Shown piece after piece: positions 14,400 to 26,733 of a stretch of 64,000 nucleotides of DNA. Numbering within the stretch: the stretch's first letter is position 1; each line of letters begins with the position of its first letter. The DNA comes from Octopus vulgaris. Taxonomy: Eukaryota. The stretch covers positions 63,054,001 through 63,118,000 of the forward strand of contig OX597814.1 of the NCBI GenBank assembly GCA_951406725.2, written 5' to 3'. The position numbers and the translations under genes are program-made. The notes below the pieces were generated by a model, which ran no database searches, was not told the origin of the DNA, and saw only the letters and a list, made by a program, of their open reading frames with translations.

Positions 14400-14950
14400 A
14401 CAGGAGTGTGCAGAATTGTACGATTCCAGGTAGATCTATACTGGGTAAGCAGAAAAGATATCCCCGGTCTCTTTTTCAGACTAAATGACCACCCATAGTA
14501 ACCAGTTTTGATTATCCATGTGGTCATTGGTCCCGCACGACTATTGGACATCTTTGAAATGGAAATCATGTGGTCAACACCACACTAAAAGATTTGACGT
14601 GATAAGAGACTATGTATCAACCAGAGCAACTTCATTTGGTTGCACCTCGGCACTTGTGGCTGGATCGATAATCTGGTTAAGGTACTTGAAATTTGATTCT
14701 TTCACAGAATTACCCTCCTCGGCCAAATGTACACAAACATTAGGCATCTAGCTTCTGGAAATTTGGAAAACTCTCGCTGTCCGTGTGCTGTGAGTCTGGT
14801 GAGTCGTTATCGCTTGTAGTGAAGATTATGAGTGATGATGTTTGGGATGATAGTCTCTGGGTGTTGTTGAGAAGCAACTAAGCTGTTACTTCTGAGGGAC
14901 TTTCAACTCGGAAACTAAGAATAATTTTCAAACATTACCGGATCGGCAAA
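14400..14950 (-). mobile_element. Highly decayed LINE (RTE-like) fragment
   Basis: Short minus-strand remnants FKYLNQII and SNLLVWC*PH resembling the RT C-terminus; weak. Confidence 0.35.
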
Positions 14951-15898
14951 GCAAAATCCAGTAATAATAAACACTATAGGCACCACAGTGCCGTTATTAT
15001 AGCCTATTTGTGTGTAGTGCAGAGAAACAAAACAGTCCGCTCTGCTTTTGGCCGATGTTCGGATACTGAACAGCTGTTATGCCATATAGGACAAGATCAT
15101 CGTGAGAACGGTCTCGCCGCTTTCTGTTGGCAAAGTTTTTCTCTGTCTGGATGCCTATTGCAAAAGGGGTAGTGGTTTGAGCAAAATTAAGAGGGTTGAG
15201 GACATGGACACTTCTTTCGACTTCATTCTCACTAAACTTTTGAAGCACCACTTGAAGATAAAAGATGATGAGCCTCTTCCCATTTACTTGATAGTAAATG
15301 CGAGTGGACAGCGTCTATTTTCCATCTACATTAGAATTTAATATACATCATATTGAAATTAGTAAGATAAGTATTATTAACAGATGTACTATTAAAATTG
15401 TTATTTAATGATGCAGCATTAAATATTATTTTTTGTAATATAAATGATGTTATATGCTTGAACTTGTTTGGAATCTAAAATCTTTTCCGTTCAAACTTTG
15501 ATAGGAATTACAAAAAGTAAACAATAAATTGAACAAATTTTATAAAAAAGAAAGAAGTTGGTGGAAGGGAGATGAAGAACACGGCTTAAAACGCTAGATT
15601 AGTTTTTGCATGGATTAACGTGACGTAATTTCCGGTGTAAATGTGTAGTGGGGCAGTGAGTGTATTGATGTGATTCAGTTTCCGGATTGAATTTTGTTCT
15701 ATTGTCGATGTAAAAGCAATAAGAAAACAAAATGACAAATAACAGCATAATCTGTGAATCAACATTATTAACACACATATAAATGGTAATAGAGATTGAG
15801 GTGGCGTGTTCTTGCAAGATTAGTTCAAAAGAACTTGGAGAATTTCAACAAATTCAATAGATATCATACTACAGAAGCACACACACACACAAACACAA

Positions 15899-15957
<59 letters not shown>

Positions 15958-16189
15958 TACACACGCATGCAAACACACGCACATACACACATACATTCTC
16001 ATTAATATATACTCAAACGTACACACGCATACATATACTTTCACACACAAATGCACACACATTCATGCAAACACAAACATTGTCTTCTTTGTATATATTT
16101 GTTTTTGCGTAGATAATGTTACTGTGAGTAGCAGCTGTCGGAAGCTGTATTTTCCAACTGAAAGCTCTTGATAACGTGTATTGTCAATG

Positions 16190-18240
16190 GCCTTACGCTG
16201 CGTCCTTGTAATGGAAAAGAGATCTGTCACTGGAATACTCTAGGTAGTCGTAAATAGATACCATATGGAGGTAGGATTCCCATTTGTAAGCAATGTGTGC
16301 ATGGTATGTATTGCACCACAGCATTCTTGCCATTGCTGTACTAGGCAAAACGTATTTCACTTTGATGTTAAACTTCTGCATATTGTTAGAGTAAAAAAAC
16401 TTGCCGTGCTATTATGCTCTGAAATCAAAACCTACAGGGGCAAACTTTTAACTTTCAAATTCCTTGTGCATAATGTCCATATTATCTACACATCCCAATG
16501 CTACACTTTTCTGGAATATCTGTCAGTTCTATAAGAGAAATGGTTGTACATTATTCCAGTCGTACCTTGAACACACGCGGTTATGCCGCATATATTACTT
16601 AACTACCATTAATACTTCTAACTTCTACGTTTATGAAGGCCTTCCATAGGCTCTTTAAGAATTACAATCTTTCTCATTTGAAAATAGCACTAAAGTACTA
16701 ACTTCTTAGATGTGAATTTTGACTTAGATGCAAACCTGTATTACCCTTACCATAAACCGAGTGATTGCTACAATATATTAAGGTCCTGTCTAATCAATCA
16801 AGCCAAATTTTACCATAACAGCTTTGTCACTGGTGTTTCTATTAGGGTTTCTAAACTATCAGCTGTTGAGGATATCTTTAATAATCATGCCCCTTACTAT
16901 TAACCAGGTCCTCCGGAATAGCGACTTTCGTGAGGTCTCTTATATCCCGAATGCAAAACTAAAAACAAAACTCGCACTTCTCTTTCCCAGTGCCGAATGA
17001 GTCCACTGGACTTGCTTCTGCTCATCTACATCCTGTCAGCCTGCAACTGAATTCCCCTGTGTTTTTGGCCATCTCATAGGTTAAATAATCTTAAGCCTCC
17101 CTTGTCTGGTCTGACTGTCACTTCGGTGCTTCTAAGCCTTCCTAGAGCATAAAAGAGGTCTTATGGTTCGCACCACCATTCTCTTTCCAGATTAAATCTC
17201 TACCCAAGCTTTTTTTCAAAATCCTAAGCTCTAATTTTCCACCACAACATAAATTGTATTCCATTTTCAGTAAATCTCCGATTAAAATCTCGGACTCTAC
17301 AACACCAAACTTAGGCTCTATAATTGCATCTTCCAACAGATGCAAACTAAGCCGCCTTACTCTTGACCCTGTGAATTATCCCTCTCAATTCCACTCCAAC
17401 CCGGCAGATACTAATACTATGGGCTTCTGGTTCACTATCCACTTTAACAATAGTAGCAACGCTGATATTACCGCTCCTACTTCTAGTATCTTTACCATAT
17501 GTAACCACGATGACGCCCCCTCCTGGCTCAGTACGAGTTACGATTGTCCTCCGGCCCTTCTTCGTGGCCATATGAATCAGATCAGAAATGGCATTGATTT
17601 TAAGCCTACTTCTGCTAGAAAAACCTGTAATTTCTGGGTCTCAGCTATGTCTCCTCGATAGTTTTAGTTTACGCTATACATGATGAGTAATAACCTCCAC
17701 GTTCTCAGCAGGCTGAGGCCTACATTGCTAGCACTGCCTCTTGGCGCCGCTATCAGGATCACAGGAATTCACTCTCAAATGGAGCGTGTAGACTCTACCT
17801 CCCTAGGCATATATATACACCACCAAAAGTCCCAAACAATCACCTACACCTTATCTTGGTGCACAGTTTGGGGAGAATTCCCACATAATACTAACAACTG
17901 CGTTTGCATTGCAAGGACTCGCTCGCTATCCTTCGCCATCGTTACTTAATTGGTTCACTGATGTAATCTTCTCATCTAGCACAAATTTTATTTCATGTTT
18001 GCCTATTACATAATCTCGTTATGATCATTCCTATTTATGGTTAAGCGCTCACCTATTAGCTATGCCAGAAGCATATTCTTTCTCTTTCTCTTTTCTCCTT
18101 GTACCTTTCTTCCAATCTCAGCATTCCTGTCTCTTCTGCTATCCCTCTCCTTTAATTCATTGCTTGTCTCTTCCTGTCTTTATAGCCAACTACCATCCCT
18201 GATTGATTTAAGTTTTCTCAGTGACAGTCCCGACCGATAG
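16190..18240 (+). mobile_element. Decayed Penelope-like element (RT + GIY-YIG), Naiad/Poseidon-like
   Basis: NFLDVNFDL..YYPYHKP (from 16700); RVSKLSAVEDIFNNHAPYY; VLWFAPPFS..FPPQHKLYSIFSKSPIKISDSTTPNLGSIIASSN (17158-17340); LVY..AYIAST..RRYQDHRNS (about 17721); STSLGIYIH..YTLSW. Boundaries approximate. Confidence 0.88.
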
Positions 18241-18250
18241 TGGAGCTGCC

Positions 18251-18349
<99 letters not shown>

Positions 18350-18519
18350 GATGTCAAGCCTAATCATGTTTATTCATGTTTATCTGCATCTCTCCCTATC
18401 TGTGTGTGTGTGTATGCATACACACACACATATATATATAGTTGAAAAAGTTTCTTATATGTATAAATATACCATAAAAAGGTTTAATAAAATAAAATGA
18501 AATAAAATAAGATACAAGA

Positions 18520-18569
<50 letters not shown>

Positions 18570-18570
<1 letters not shown>

Positions 18571-19597
18571 TAGCATTATGACCCGTCGTTGCCGAGTCAT
18601 AGTGCTAGTGCACGTATATATGTGTATACATATGTGTACATATTACATGTACATCTATATATATACATCTGCACATGAAATACAAAATACAAAGTTACAT
18701 CTTGATATCGCTGTTGATAACAATACTCAAAATATATAACAGACTGGAATTGTAAGCCCGTCTCTTGCAATTTCAATCAATTGTATCTTGTCCTCCCTCT
18801 TGTATAGAAATGTGGCTACAATCCAGCCTACCTCGACTTCTGGGGGAAGGGGGGTGGCATTTAAAATTTTTACCCGGCATGTCCTACGTCCCAGATATAA
18901 AGGTAAAAATAAAATATTTCCACTTTACAAGTTCGAGTCGAACCTTGACTCCGTTGACTCGAACCTTGCTTCTATTGTGGCGAATTTACCGCCTCTGGTT
19001 AGATATCTTTCATAGTCGCACCAAGACACTTTTCGATGGTGCTTTACTCCAGGTGTTCAAATCTTTTTTCTCTACATTGTATACTTTATAGACAATAGTC
19101 TTTTCTTTAATTTAATTTTTTATTATCCATCTGGACTATTCCATTTCTGCACGCTAATTTTATTTTTAATTTATTTCCATTCATGTGAAACCACTTATTC
19201 AAGATCAAGTCATTGATGCAATTTTATACCAATTGCTATTTTTACTTTTGTTATGTTACGATTATATTATACTTTAGTTTGATTTTAATTATTACTTACT
19301 ACATATAATTCAATTGTTATTATTATTTTTATTGTTAAAGTGAAAGTATCTGACATAAAATAGAGAAATGTTTTTGTTTCACTTTTAACACGTAATACTG
19401 AAATAGTGGAGAAGATATGATATTGCTATGGGCTCGCTCTAGGCAAGAAGTTGAACATTTCTTTTGCCCGTGAAACTACATGGACCCTAAGTAAGGCATG
19501 TGTAAAATTTGAATGAAATTGGTTGAGTAGTTCTCAAGTTTTAGGGAAATACACTGACAGACAGACAGACACACATTCTCAGTTTTATATATATAGA
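18570..19597 (-). mobile_element. Non-autonomous Helitron-like element
   Basis: Minus strand begins TCTATATATATAAAACTGAG...(TGTC)n and ends in the hairpin ATGACTCG..CGGGTCAT followed by CTAG|T. Confidence 0.8.
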
Positions 19598-20788
19598 CAT
19601 GTATATGTGTGCGCGTGTACATGTATGTGCATGCTTATGTATGTGCATGTATGCACGTGTGTGTGGGTGTATGTGTATGTGTGTAGGTGTATGTGTGCAT
19701 GTATGTATATATGTATGACTGTATATCCTTATGTGTTAAGTATATACGTCTGTTTCATCACTTGTAATTTACTATATTTTTCTCCTTATATTCGTTTTTA
19801 TTCATATTCTTTTTTATTGTCTCCCCTCCCGCGAACTAAATTTAGAGTATGGTAACTCCCTTGAATACACCGACCGTCCATGTCTGTGATCGTTGCTTTT
19901 CGTCCTTAAGTTATTTTTGTTTTTTCTCTGTTTGTATGTACATGTTTACTTAAATACTGTATATTTTTTAAACATAGTCTTGCCTGTCGACTTTAAGCCT
20001 CTTGTAATGTATGTATTTTTTCAATATTAATATGTATACGTATAACCCTCTACGGCTTTTTTCTGCTAGTGTACCTGTTGCGCTATATTCTACTACACAC
20101 ACGTGGCCGTGTTTACATTATACTTCGTCTCGACCTGTTAGTATTTCTTTAAACATATCCGTTAGATTTCTATTTTTATGTTATAGTTTACTGCACATAT
20201 AGACTTGCATACACGTTGTTATGTCTTTCTTTTTCTATTTAGACTCTCATTATTATTACTATTATTATTTTCTCTTTTACAACTAGTATGTAAATATCCG
20301 ATTTTTCCTTATTAACCCCATCTGTATTCTCCCTCATTGTATCTTATTTTATTTTATTAAACCTTTTTTCATGCTCTTCCAAAAATTCATCACACTCGTG
20401 AGAATGACAATGCTTAAATTTAATTATAATTACCATGATTATAATTTTCTTCTTACATATCTGTATTGTCTTTCGAAACGTGCGTATGTATTGAATTCAA
20501 TTTTATATTAAATCTAATTTTGATTCCACATGTTTTTTCCTACATTTTTTTTAATACTTGCTTCTGGTATATTTATATAACCATAACGATATTTTTCAAG
20601 TATTATTTTCATATTCTTATTACTTGCTCTGGCTGTTTTTCTATGAATAAGATGAATCTTTATTAGAAATCATTTTTGCCTCTTTTTGGATCTCTCAAAA
20701 AGTATGAATGTTTTCTTTTTGAACTTATTTTATCTCTCTCTCTCACACGCACACATAAGTATATATACACACACATATATATTTACAT

Positions 20789-20822
<34 letters not shown>

Positions 20823-21391
20823 ATTTATAATATATAAATTAATATATATTTTATAACTTAGCGTACTTGGAATCATAACAAACTTACGGTAAATCTAATA
20901 ACCGGTATGTTTACTATGCAAAAAAACCGGTGTTATAAATTTTAAGTTACCCAATGAAATAGTATATGACATCGTAACATACTGATATTTAAAAATATAT
21001 ATCTTTAAAATAAATATTTTATGGAAATGCATGAGTGGATCTTTTTTGTTATTTGAGGCATAGTTATAATTTTGAAGGACTAAATGGCAGCATAGTTGCT
21101 CCCCTATTTGTTTATCTATGTTCTAGTTGTTGCTTGTGGTTATGTATGTGTATAAGTGTATGTGTGTGTGTATACATATAATTATGTATGTATGTGCGAT
21201 TGATCTGTGGATGCGCGTGTGAATATTGGCGTTCCTTGACTAACTAACCGTAAAATTTCTTTTGTGATTTAAATTTCAAACTACTAGCCAATCGAATTAA
21301 TCTAAATAATCATTACCTAGTGGTCAGAATTTCTAAACTCATAGTTATTTCGATCTTGAAAGGATGGACTTGGTGCAAACTTAACTGTATC

Positions 21392-21446
<55 letters not shown>

Positions 21447-21793
21447 ATTAATAGTAATTTTTATTGACTCTTATAGCTTTATAATTTTATGAACTGAACC
21501 ATGGTTTTAATTATTATTTTTCATCTCCCTATGTGTTAGTTTTTTAAAACTATTAGCCAAATATGTATAATAACTGTGCTTATTAATATTAATATATACA
21601 CTGATATATATTTTGTTTTATATTTTGTTTTATTTTGTTTTGTTTACCTAGCATTATTGTACCAATGAGTATTATATTATACAAGTGTAACATTATGAAG
21701 TTTATGCATAAGTTTTTATATTTTACATTTTTATATTTTTATATTTATATGTATATGGAAAAATAATTTTTTCACAATTATAACAAATTTAAT

Positions 21794-21903
21794 TCTCTGA
21801 AGAGGCCGTGGGGCATCCTTGTTAATGCCTCATTTATACCTGCCTTTATGGCTTATAGGTTAAATGAGGTATGACTGCCCTTGCTGCCGAAACAGCTGTC
21901 AGA
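21794..21903 (+). ncRNA. Type I hammerhead ribozyme with an 85-nt stem II and palindromic stem III
   Basis: tct CTGAAGA (21797-21803) GGC..GGGCA..ATGCCTCATTTA..ACCT GCC tttat GGC..AGGT TAAATGAGGTAT..TGCCC..GCC GAAA (21889-21892) CAGCTG TC aga. Predicted cleavage after 21900. Confidence 0.85.
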
Positions 21904-22090
21904 TATGATTTAATTACATATTATATTTGAAATTTTATACTTATATCTCTTTGTCTATTTACCTTTACTGTATATTTTGTATAATGCCTTTACTGATATG
22001 TAATGGTGTAATAAAGTATTGATTGGGTATCATCTGATAGTTGATGTTTTATTGATTTAAGTATGTTTCTCCATTTTCTAATTTTGTAGT

Positions 22091-22121
<31 letters not shown>

Positions 22122-22333
22122 TTGTATCTATTTATCTTTTGTATGTAAATGCCTGTGAGAGCGTACATATATTAGATTTGGCATAAAGTCAGCGATATTA
22201 GTGGGAGGGGTAAGTCGAATTCATCGATCCTAGTGCTTAACGAATACCTATTTTATCTGCCCCGCAAGGGTGGAAGGCAAAGGCGCCATAAAGAAGGACG
22301 GTAACATTTCTACCTGCTCGCCTCCTAAGTATG

Positions 22334-22790
22334 TATTGATTTGTGCAACAGTATTGTGTAGCCCTATGCGCAGGACCACCATTTAGCAATCCTCAACATT
22401 TACCATCCCCAACGCATGCCAATCCTCAACGCATACCAGTCCCTAAAGCTTACCAATCCCCAGCGCTTGTTTTGTGCGCGTATACTCGCTCACGCGCGCG
22501 TGCATATGCACATGTGCACGCGCAGGCGTGTGTGCGCATACACTGGCATGCACGCATACATGCATGCGAAGATACATATGTACACATGAATGAATAGGCA
22601 TGTGTGTATGTATGCGTCAATGTGTGTGCATGTGTGCGTATGTGTGTGTATGTGTGTGCATCTGCACGTGTGTCTGTTCGTCCAAGCGCGCGCGTGTGTG
22701 TGTGCAGACGTGTGCGTGCGCGGCCATGTACAGATGCGCACACACGCATCAATATTGATTTGCGCAACAGTATATATAAGGCCGTAGAAA
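22334..22790 (+). repeat. Unclassified ~420-bp repeat: 16-17-bp subrepeats plus an alternating purine-pyrimidine body
   Basis: Homologous to the reverse complement of 25665-26025; bounded by a 21-bp direct repeat at 22334-22354 and 22753-22773. Confidence 0.85.
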
Positions 22791-23068
22791 TAGAATACAT
22801 TACTATAACGTATCTTTCTATACATGTCAGTGTAACACTAAGTATTTCCCATTATATCTAGATGAAAGTAAGCCTTTGAGTAGAAATTACTATGTGGATA
22901 TCCCAGTGTGTGTATATATGTATTGTGTATGTTCGTGCGTGTGCGTGTCTCAGCGTGTGGCTATGAATTATTTCATGCGTGTATGACTAAGAAACTGTTG
23001 AATACACGTTTTCATAAATGGTGATGCATAATTGCAGATGGAAATACGAACAAAACGTAAGACGACCT

Positions 23069-23087
23069 GAGATGATGATGATGATGT

Positions 23088-23133
<46 letters not shown>

Positions 23134-23210
23134 AACAATGACGAAGAAGACAACGTAGATGATGATGGCGATTATGATGATGATGATGATGATTATGACG
23201 ATGACACTAA
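23069..23210. repeat. (GAT)n microsatellite
   Basis: Seen directly. Confidence 0.95.
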
Positions 23211-23479
23211 CGTGGATAACGATTTTCACGCTGATGTCAAAATTCATGTATTGACATGTTGATGAAAGCGGAACCACAAACGGCATGTTCTGGTTGTTCG
23301 AACACTTTTAGTGAAAATTTCACTCAGAGAGGAATCGATGACGGTATTGCTTCATTTGTTCCCACGTTTGTCTTGCTTTTCATTTTTGTATGACAGCGAA
23401 AGAAAATTAATAAATTGATAATACATACATACATTCATACAGACACACATACATATATGTATATGTATATATGTATATA

Positions 23480-23535
<56 letters not shown>

Positions 23536-23576
23536 CGCACACACATACACACACAGAAGCACACACGCACATACAA

Positions 23577-23608
<32 letters not shown>

Positions 23609-23728
23609 GCATATATATATACATACCGATAACAGTATAAATAAATAAACTGAGGAAAGGGCTAAATATAATATCAGTATCGACAATAGATTTAAAAAAA
23701 AATAGAGTTGACAAAAGATACAGTTATA

Positions 23729-23790
<62 letters not shown>

Positions 23791-23815
23791 TAATAATAAT
23801 AATAATAATAATAAT

Positions 23816-23945
23816 GTGATGCATGTGCCTGGTGTACCCTTATCAGACGGGTAGTCATGATGGGTATATTGGGCTTCGTATATTTTACCCCAGTGTCACT
23901 TTGATGGCATGAACTGCTCTCTCACTCAATAATAATAATAATAAT
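23816..23945 (+). mobile_element. Short retroposon 3' end with an (AAT)n tail
   Basis: About 110 bp of unique sequence ending CTCTCACTCAATAATAAT, lying inside an (AAT)n run. Inference from architecture. Confidence 0.5.
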
Positions 23946-24822
23946 AGTAATCATAATTATAGTATTTATTTCTAACATAGATACAAGACCATGTAGTTCG
24001 TCTACGAAATAGTTGTCGATTATATCGACTAAGCGACTTCTCTAGTACTTCATTTTAATCGATTTCCAAGGATCAAACGTCGACCTTGACAAGCTTTGGA
24101 CCGAGAATGTAAGCAGATAATGAGTAGCTATTGTTCGACGTCTTGTATGTATACATGACTGTTATGTAAATGTATATATATATATATATGCATGTATATT
24201 GGTGTATATATATATATATATATATAGTGCAATACAGTAGTATTGCTTCCCAGTAAAACAATGCACCAGCAGTTTAAAGTATAAATATAGGATAGTGGTA
24301 CAACAATGCACCAATATTTACTGGAAATAGCAGTCGATAATATACGACGCTATAGTAAAGCTTCACTGTATATACATAGTACCAAAAATGTATGCGTGGG
24401 GTGCATAAAAGAATTTCATCTTACCTGTAAGAAAAACATTAAATATATATATATATTTAAGTAAAATAATTTACTAGGTAGAATGAAATCATTTACTAGG
24501 CAAATTCTCATCAGTAACCGAGCCACCCAAGACTAACCTTTTCATTCCCTTTGATATTGCTTAAATTTTGTGGTTTTCGGTCGTTTTGACTGTCTCCTAG
24601 CGTGCAGAAATTGCCTGTTATAGGTAAATTTCTCTTGTATTTAAATGTACAATATTTTATATTGAATAATATGTCGTCTATTAACTTTTTATACATGCTA
24701 GGCCACTGGTAGTGAAATTTGTAAAAATTTGCTACCCTATATATATATATATATGTAGGTCCCGGGTTGAGTCGGGGTTAACCACAGTAAATAAGGTACT
24801 CAATACATAGCAGAGTCAATTA

Positions 24823-24952
24823 ATTTATTATATAGAAGGAGCTTCTACAGGACTAGAACTGTTTCATTCAAAAGAAATCATCAGGAAGCCCTGATGATTT
24901 CTTTTGAATGAAACAGTTCTAGTCCTGTAGAAGCTCCTTCTATATAATAAAT
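24823..24952. ncRNA. Perfect 63-bp palindrome (4-nt loop); each arm is a hammerhead motif
   Basis: Arms 24823-24885 and 24890-24952. Plus arm: CTGATGA (24891-24897) T-TTC-tttt-GAA-T GAAA (24910-24913) CAGTTCTAG TC (GTC at 24922-24924). The same motif is on the minus strand. Palindrome certain; HHR call probable. Confidence 0.75.
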
Positions 24953-25264
24953 ATATATATATATATATATATGTAAACAAGAAAATAGAACTAAGAACAT
25001 TAGTATATATTTGTTTTTATTAATATTCAGCAGAAGCAACTGAGTAACTCAGCGGCCGGGATTTTCGCGCGTTGGTACTTATCGAACTAGTTACAGTTCG
25101 ATGAGTATGTACATTGTATGAATATTCATCAACACTTAAATGCATGTGTGTTAATACGCACAAAATTGTCTTTATTTACTTATGTATTTACTTATTAAAC
25201 ACCATAACAGGCAAACTATTTGAAAAATATGAATTGTCCACGAGACGTTGCTGTCATGGCTTGA

Positions 25265-25495
25265 TGTTGGAGCTGGCAGAATCAGTAGCACGCCGGGCGA
25301 AATGCGTAGCTGTATTTCGTCTGTCTTGACGTTCTGAGTTCAAATTCCGCCGAGGTTGACTTTGCCTTTCATTTTTTCGGGGTCGATAAATTAAGTACCA
25401 GTTACGCACTGGGGTCGATGTTATCGACTTAATCCGTTTGTCTGTCCTTGTTTGTCCCCTCTATGTTTAGCCCCTTGTGGGTAATAAAGAAACAT
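25265..25495 (+). mobile_element. tRNA-derived SINE family B (central domain resembling the Meta domain)
   Basis: GAGCTGGCAGAA..GAGTTCAAATTCC..GCCTTTCAT..GGGGTCGATAAATTAAGTACCAG. Confidence 0.9.
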
Positions 25496-25664
25496 ATATA
25501 GGTAACAGTTAGTTTGATGTTGGTATATGGCGAACAGGAAACTGATCATGCGGAGGACTGGAAATAGAGCACGTGGCGAGTAGAAATTGGTCAGGTTCTT
25601 TGAAGGAGGAAGTAGGAAAGGGAGGCATGTGCAAACATATAGTTCTATATGTGGGTGTGCAAAC

Positions 25665-25740
25665 GCGCTCATATAGTTTTGCGTGCATATGTATATTGAT
25701 GCGAGTGTGAGCATCCCTACATGGGTGCACATGGGCACGT

Positions 25741-25772
<32 letters not shown>

Positions 25773-26025
25773 TTGAACAAACACACACGTACACACATAC
25801 ACGTGTATATGCACGCATGCACACGCATCCACGCATACACACACATGCGTATTCATTCATATGTACATATGTATATTCACATGCATGTACGCATGCATAC
25901 CAGTGTACCCACACACACGCATGCTCGTGCACATGTGTATTCTCACGCGCGAGTGCGCGATTATACACGCGCAAATCAAGTGTTGGCGGTTGGTAAACGT
26001 TGGGGATTGGTAAATGGTGGTCCTG
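25665..26025 (-). repeat. Second, inverted copy of the 22334-22790 repeat
   Basis: Shares the CAGGACCACCATTTA head, TTACCAATCCCCA subrepeats and ACATATGTACA(C/T)ATGAATGAATA. Confidence 0.85.
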
Positions 26026-26230
26026 TTCATGGGGTTGATTTTGTAGCGGTGACCTTGGTGCAGGCGGTGACCAGCCTTCAATTTGAATTTCCGTTCCTAA
26101 GTTAATCGGAAACATAGATTGCCGTGCTACTTATAAATCTTCTTGGTAGTTCAATTATTTGGTGAAAAAAATACCACCAAAGCAACTTAAACCGTCCAAA
26201 GGACGTGTGCGTTTGCTAGGATATATATAT

Positions 26231-26443
26231 ATTTCTTTATTGCCCACAAGGGGCTAAACATAGAGGAGACAAACAAAGAGATTAAGTCGATTACATCGAC
26301 CCCAGTGCGTAACTGGTACTTTATTTATCGACCCCGAAAGGATGAAAGGCAAAGTCGACCTCGGCGGAATTTGAACTCAGAACGTAGCGGCAGACGAAAT
26401 ACCGCTGAGCATTTCGCCCGGCGCGCTAACGTTTCTGCCAGCT
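26231..26443 (-). mobile_element. SINE family B, well preserved
   Basis: Reverse-complement homology to 25265-25495 and 40576-40801. Confidence 0.92.
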
Positions 26444-26568
26444 AGTATACAGCTAGTATACACGAGTAAGCACACGGATGCAAAAGAGGGTGGAAAAAAA
26501 TAATACTCGAATGTATACTCGAATGCTGAAGGATGACTAACTTGGTTATATTAAAGCTGCAAAATTCT

Positions 26569-26619
26569 TCACAAACTGTTAGTCAGAGTTTCACGTATCC
26601 GTTCGTCGGACAGATGTGA
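26569..26619 (-). ncRNA. Hammerhead-like motif with a CCGACGA core
   Basis: tcacatctgt CCGACGA ACG-gata-CGT GAAA CTCTGAC TA acagtttgtga. Stem I (ctgt/acag plus tcaca/tgtga) and stem II pair; U4->C and one stem III mismatch. Confidence 0.6.
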
Positions 26620-26644
26620 TGAATACTATGTGTGTGTGCATGTA

Positions 26645-26733
<89 letters not shown>

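Noticed and set aside
15000-15341. ORF 15102-15341 as an exon or pogo-type transposase
   Set aside because: Only a faint resemblance (PIYLIVNASG); no TIRs or splice support.
22371-22470. Short repeats as a CRISPR-like array
   Set aside because: Contiguous degenerate 16-17-bp tandem units without spacers, in a eukaryotic context.
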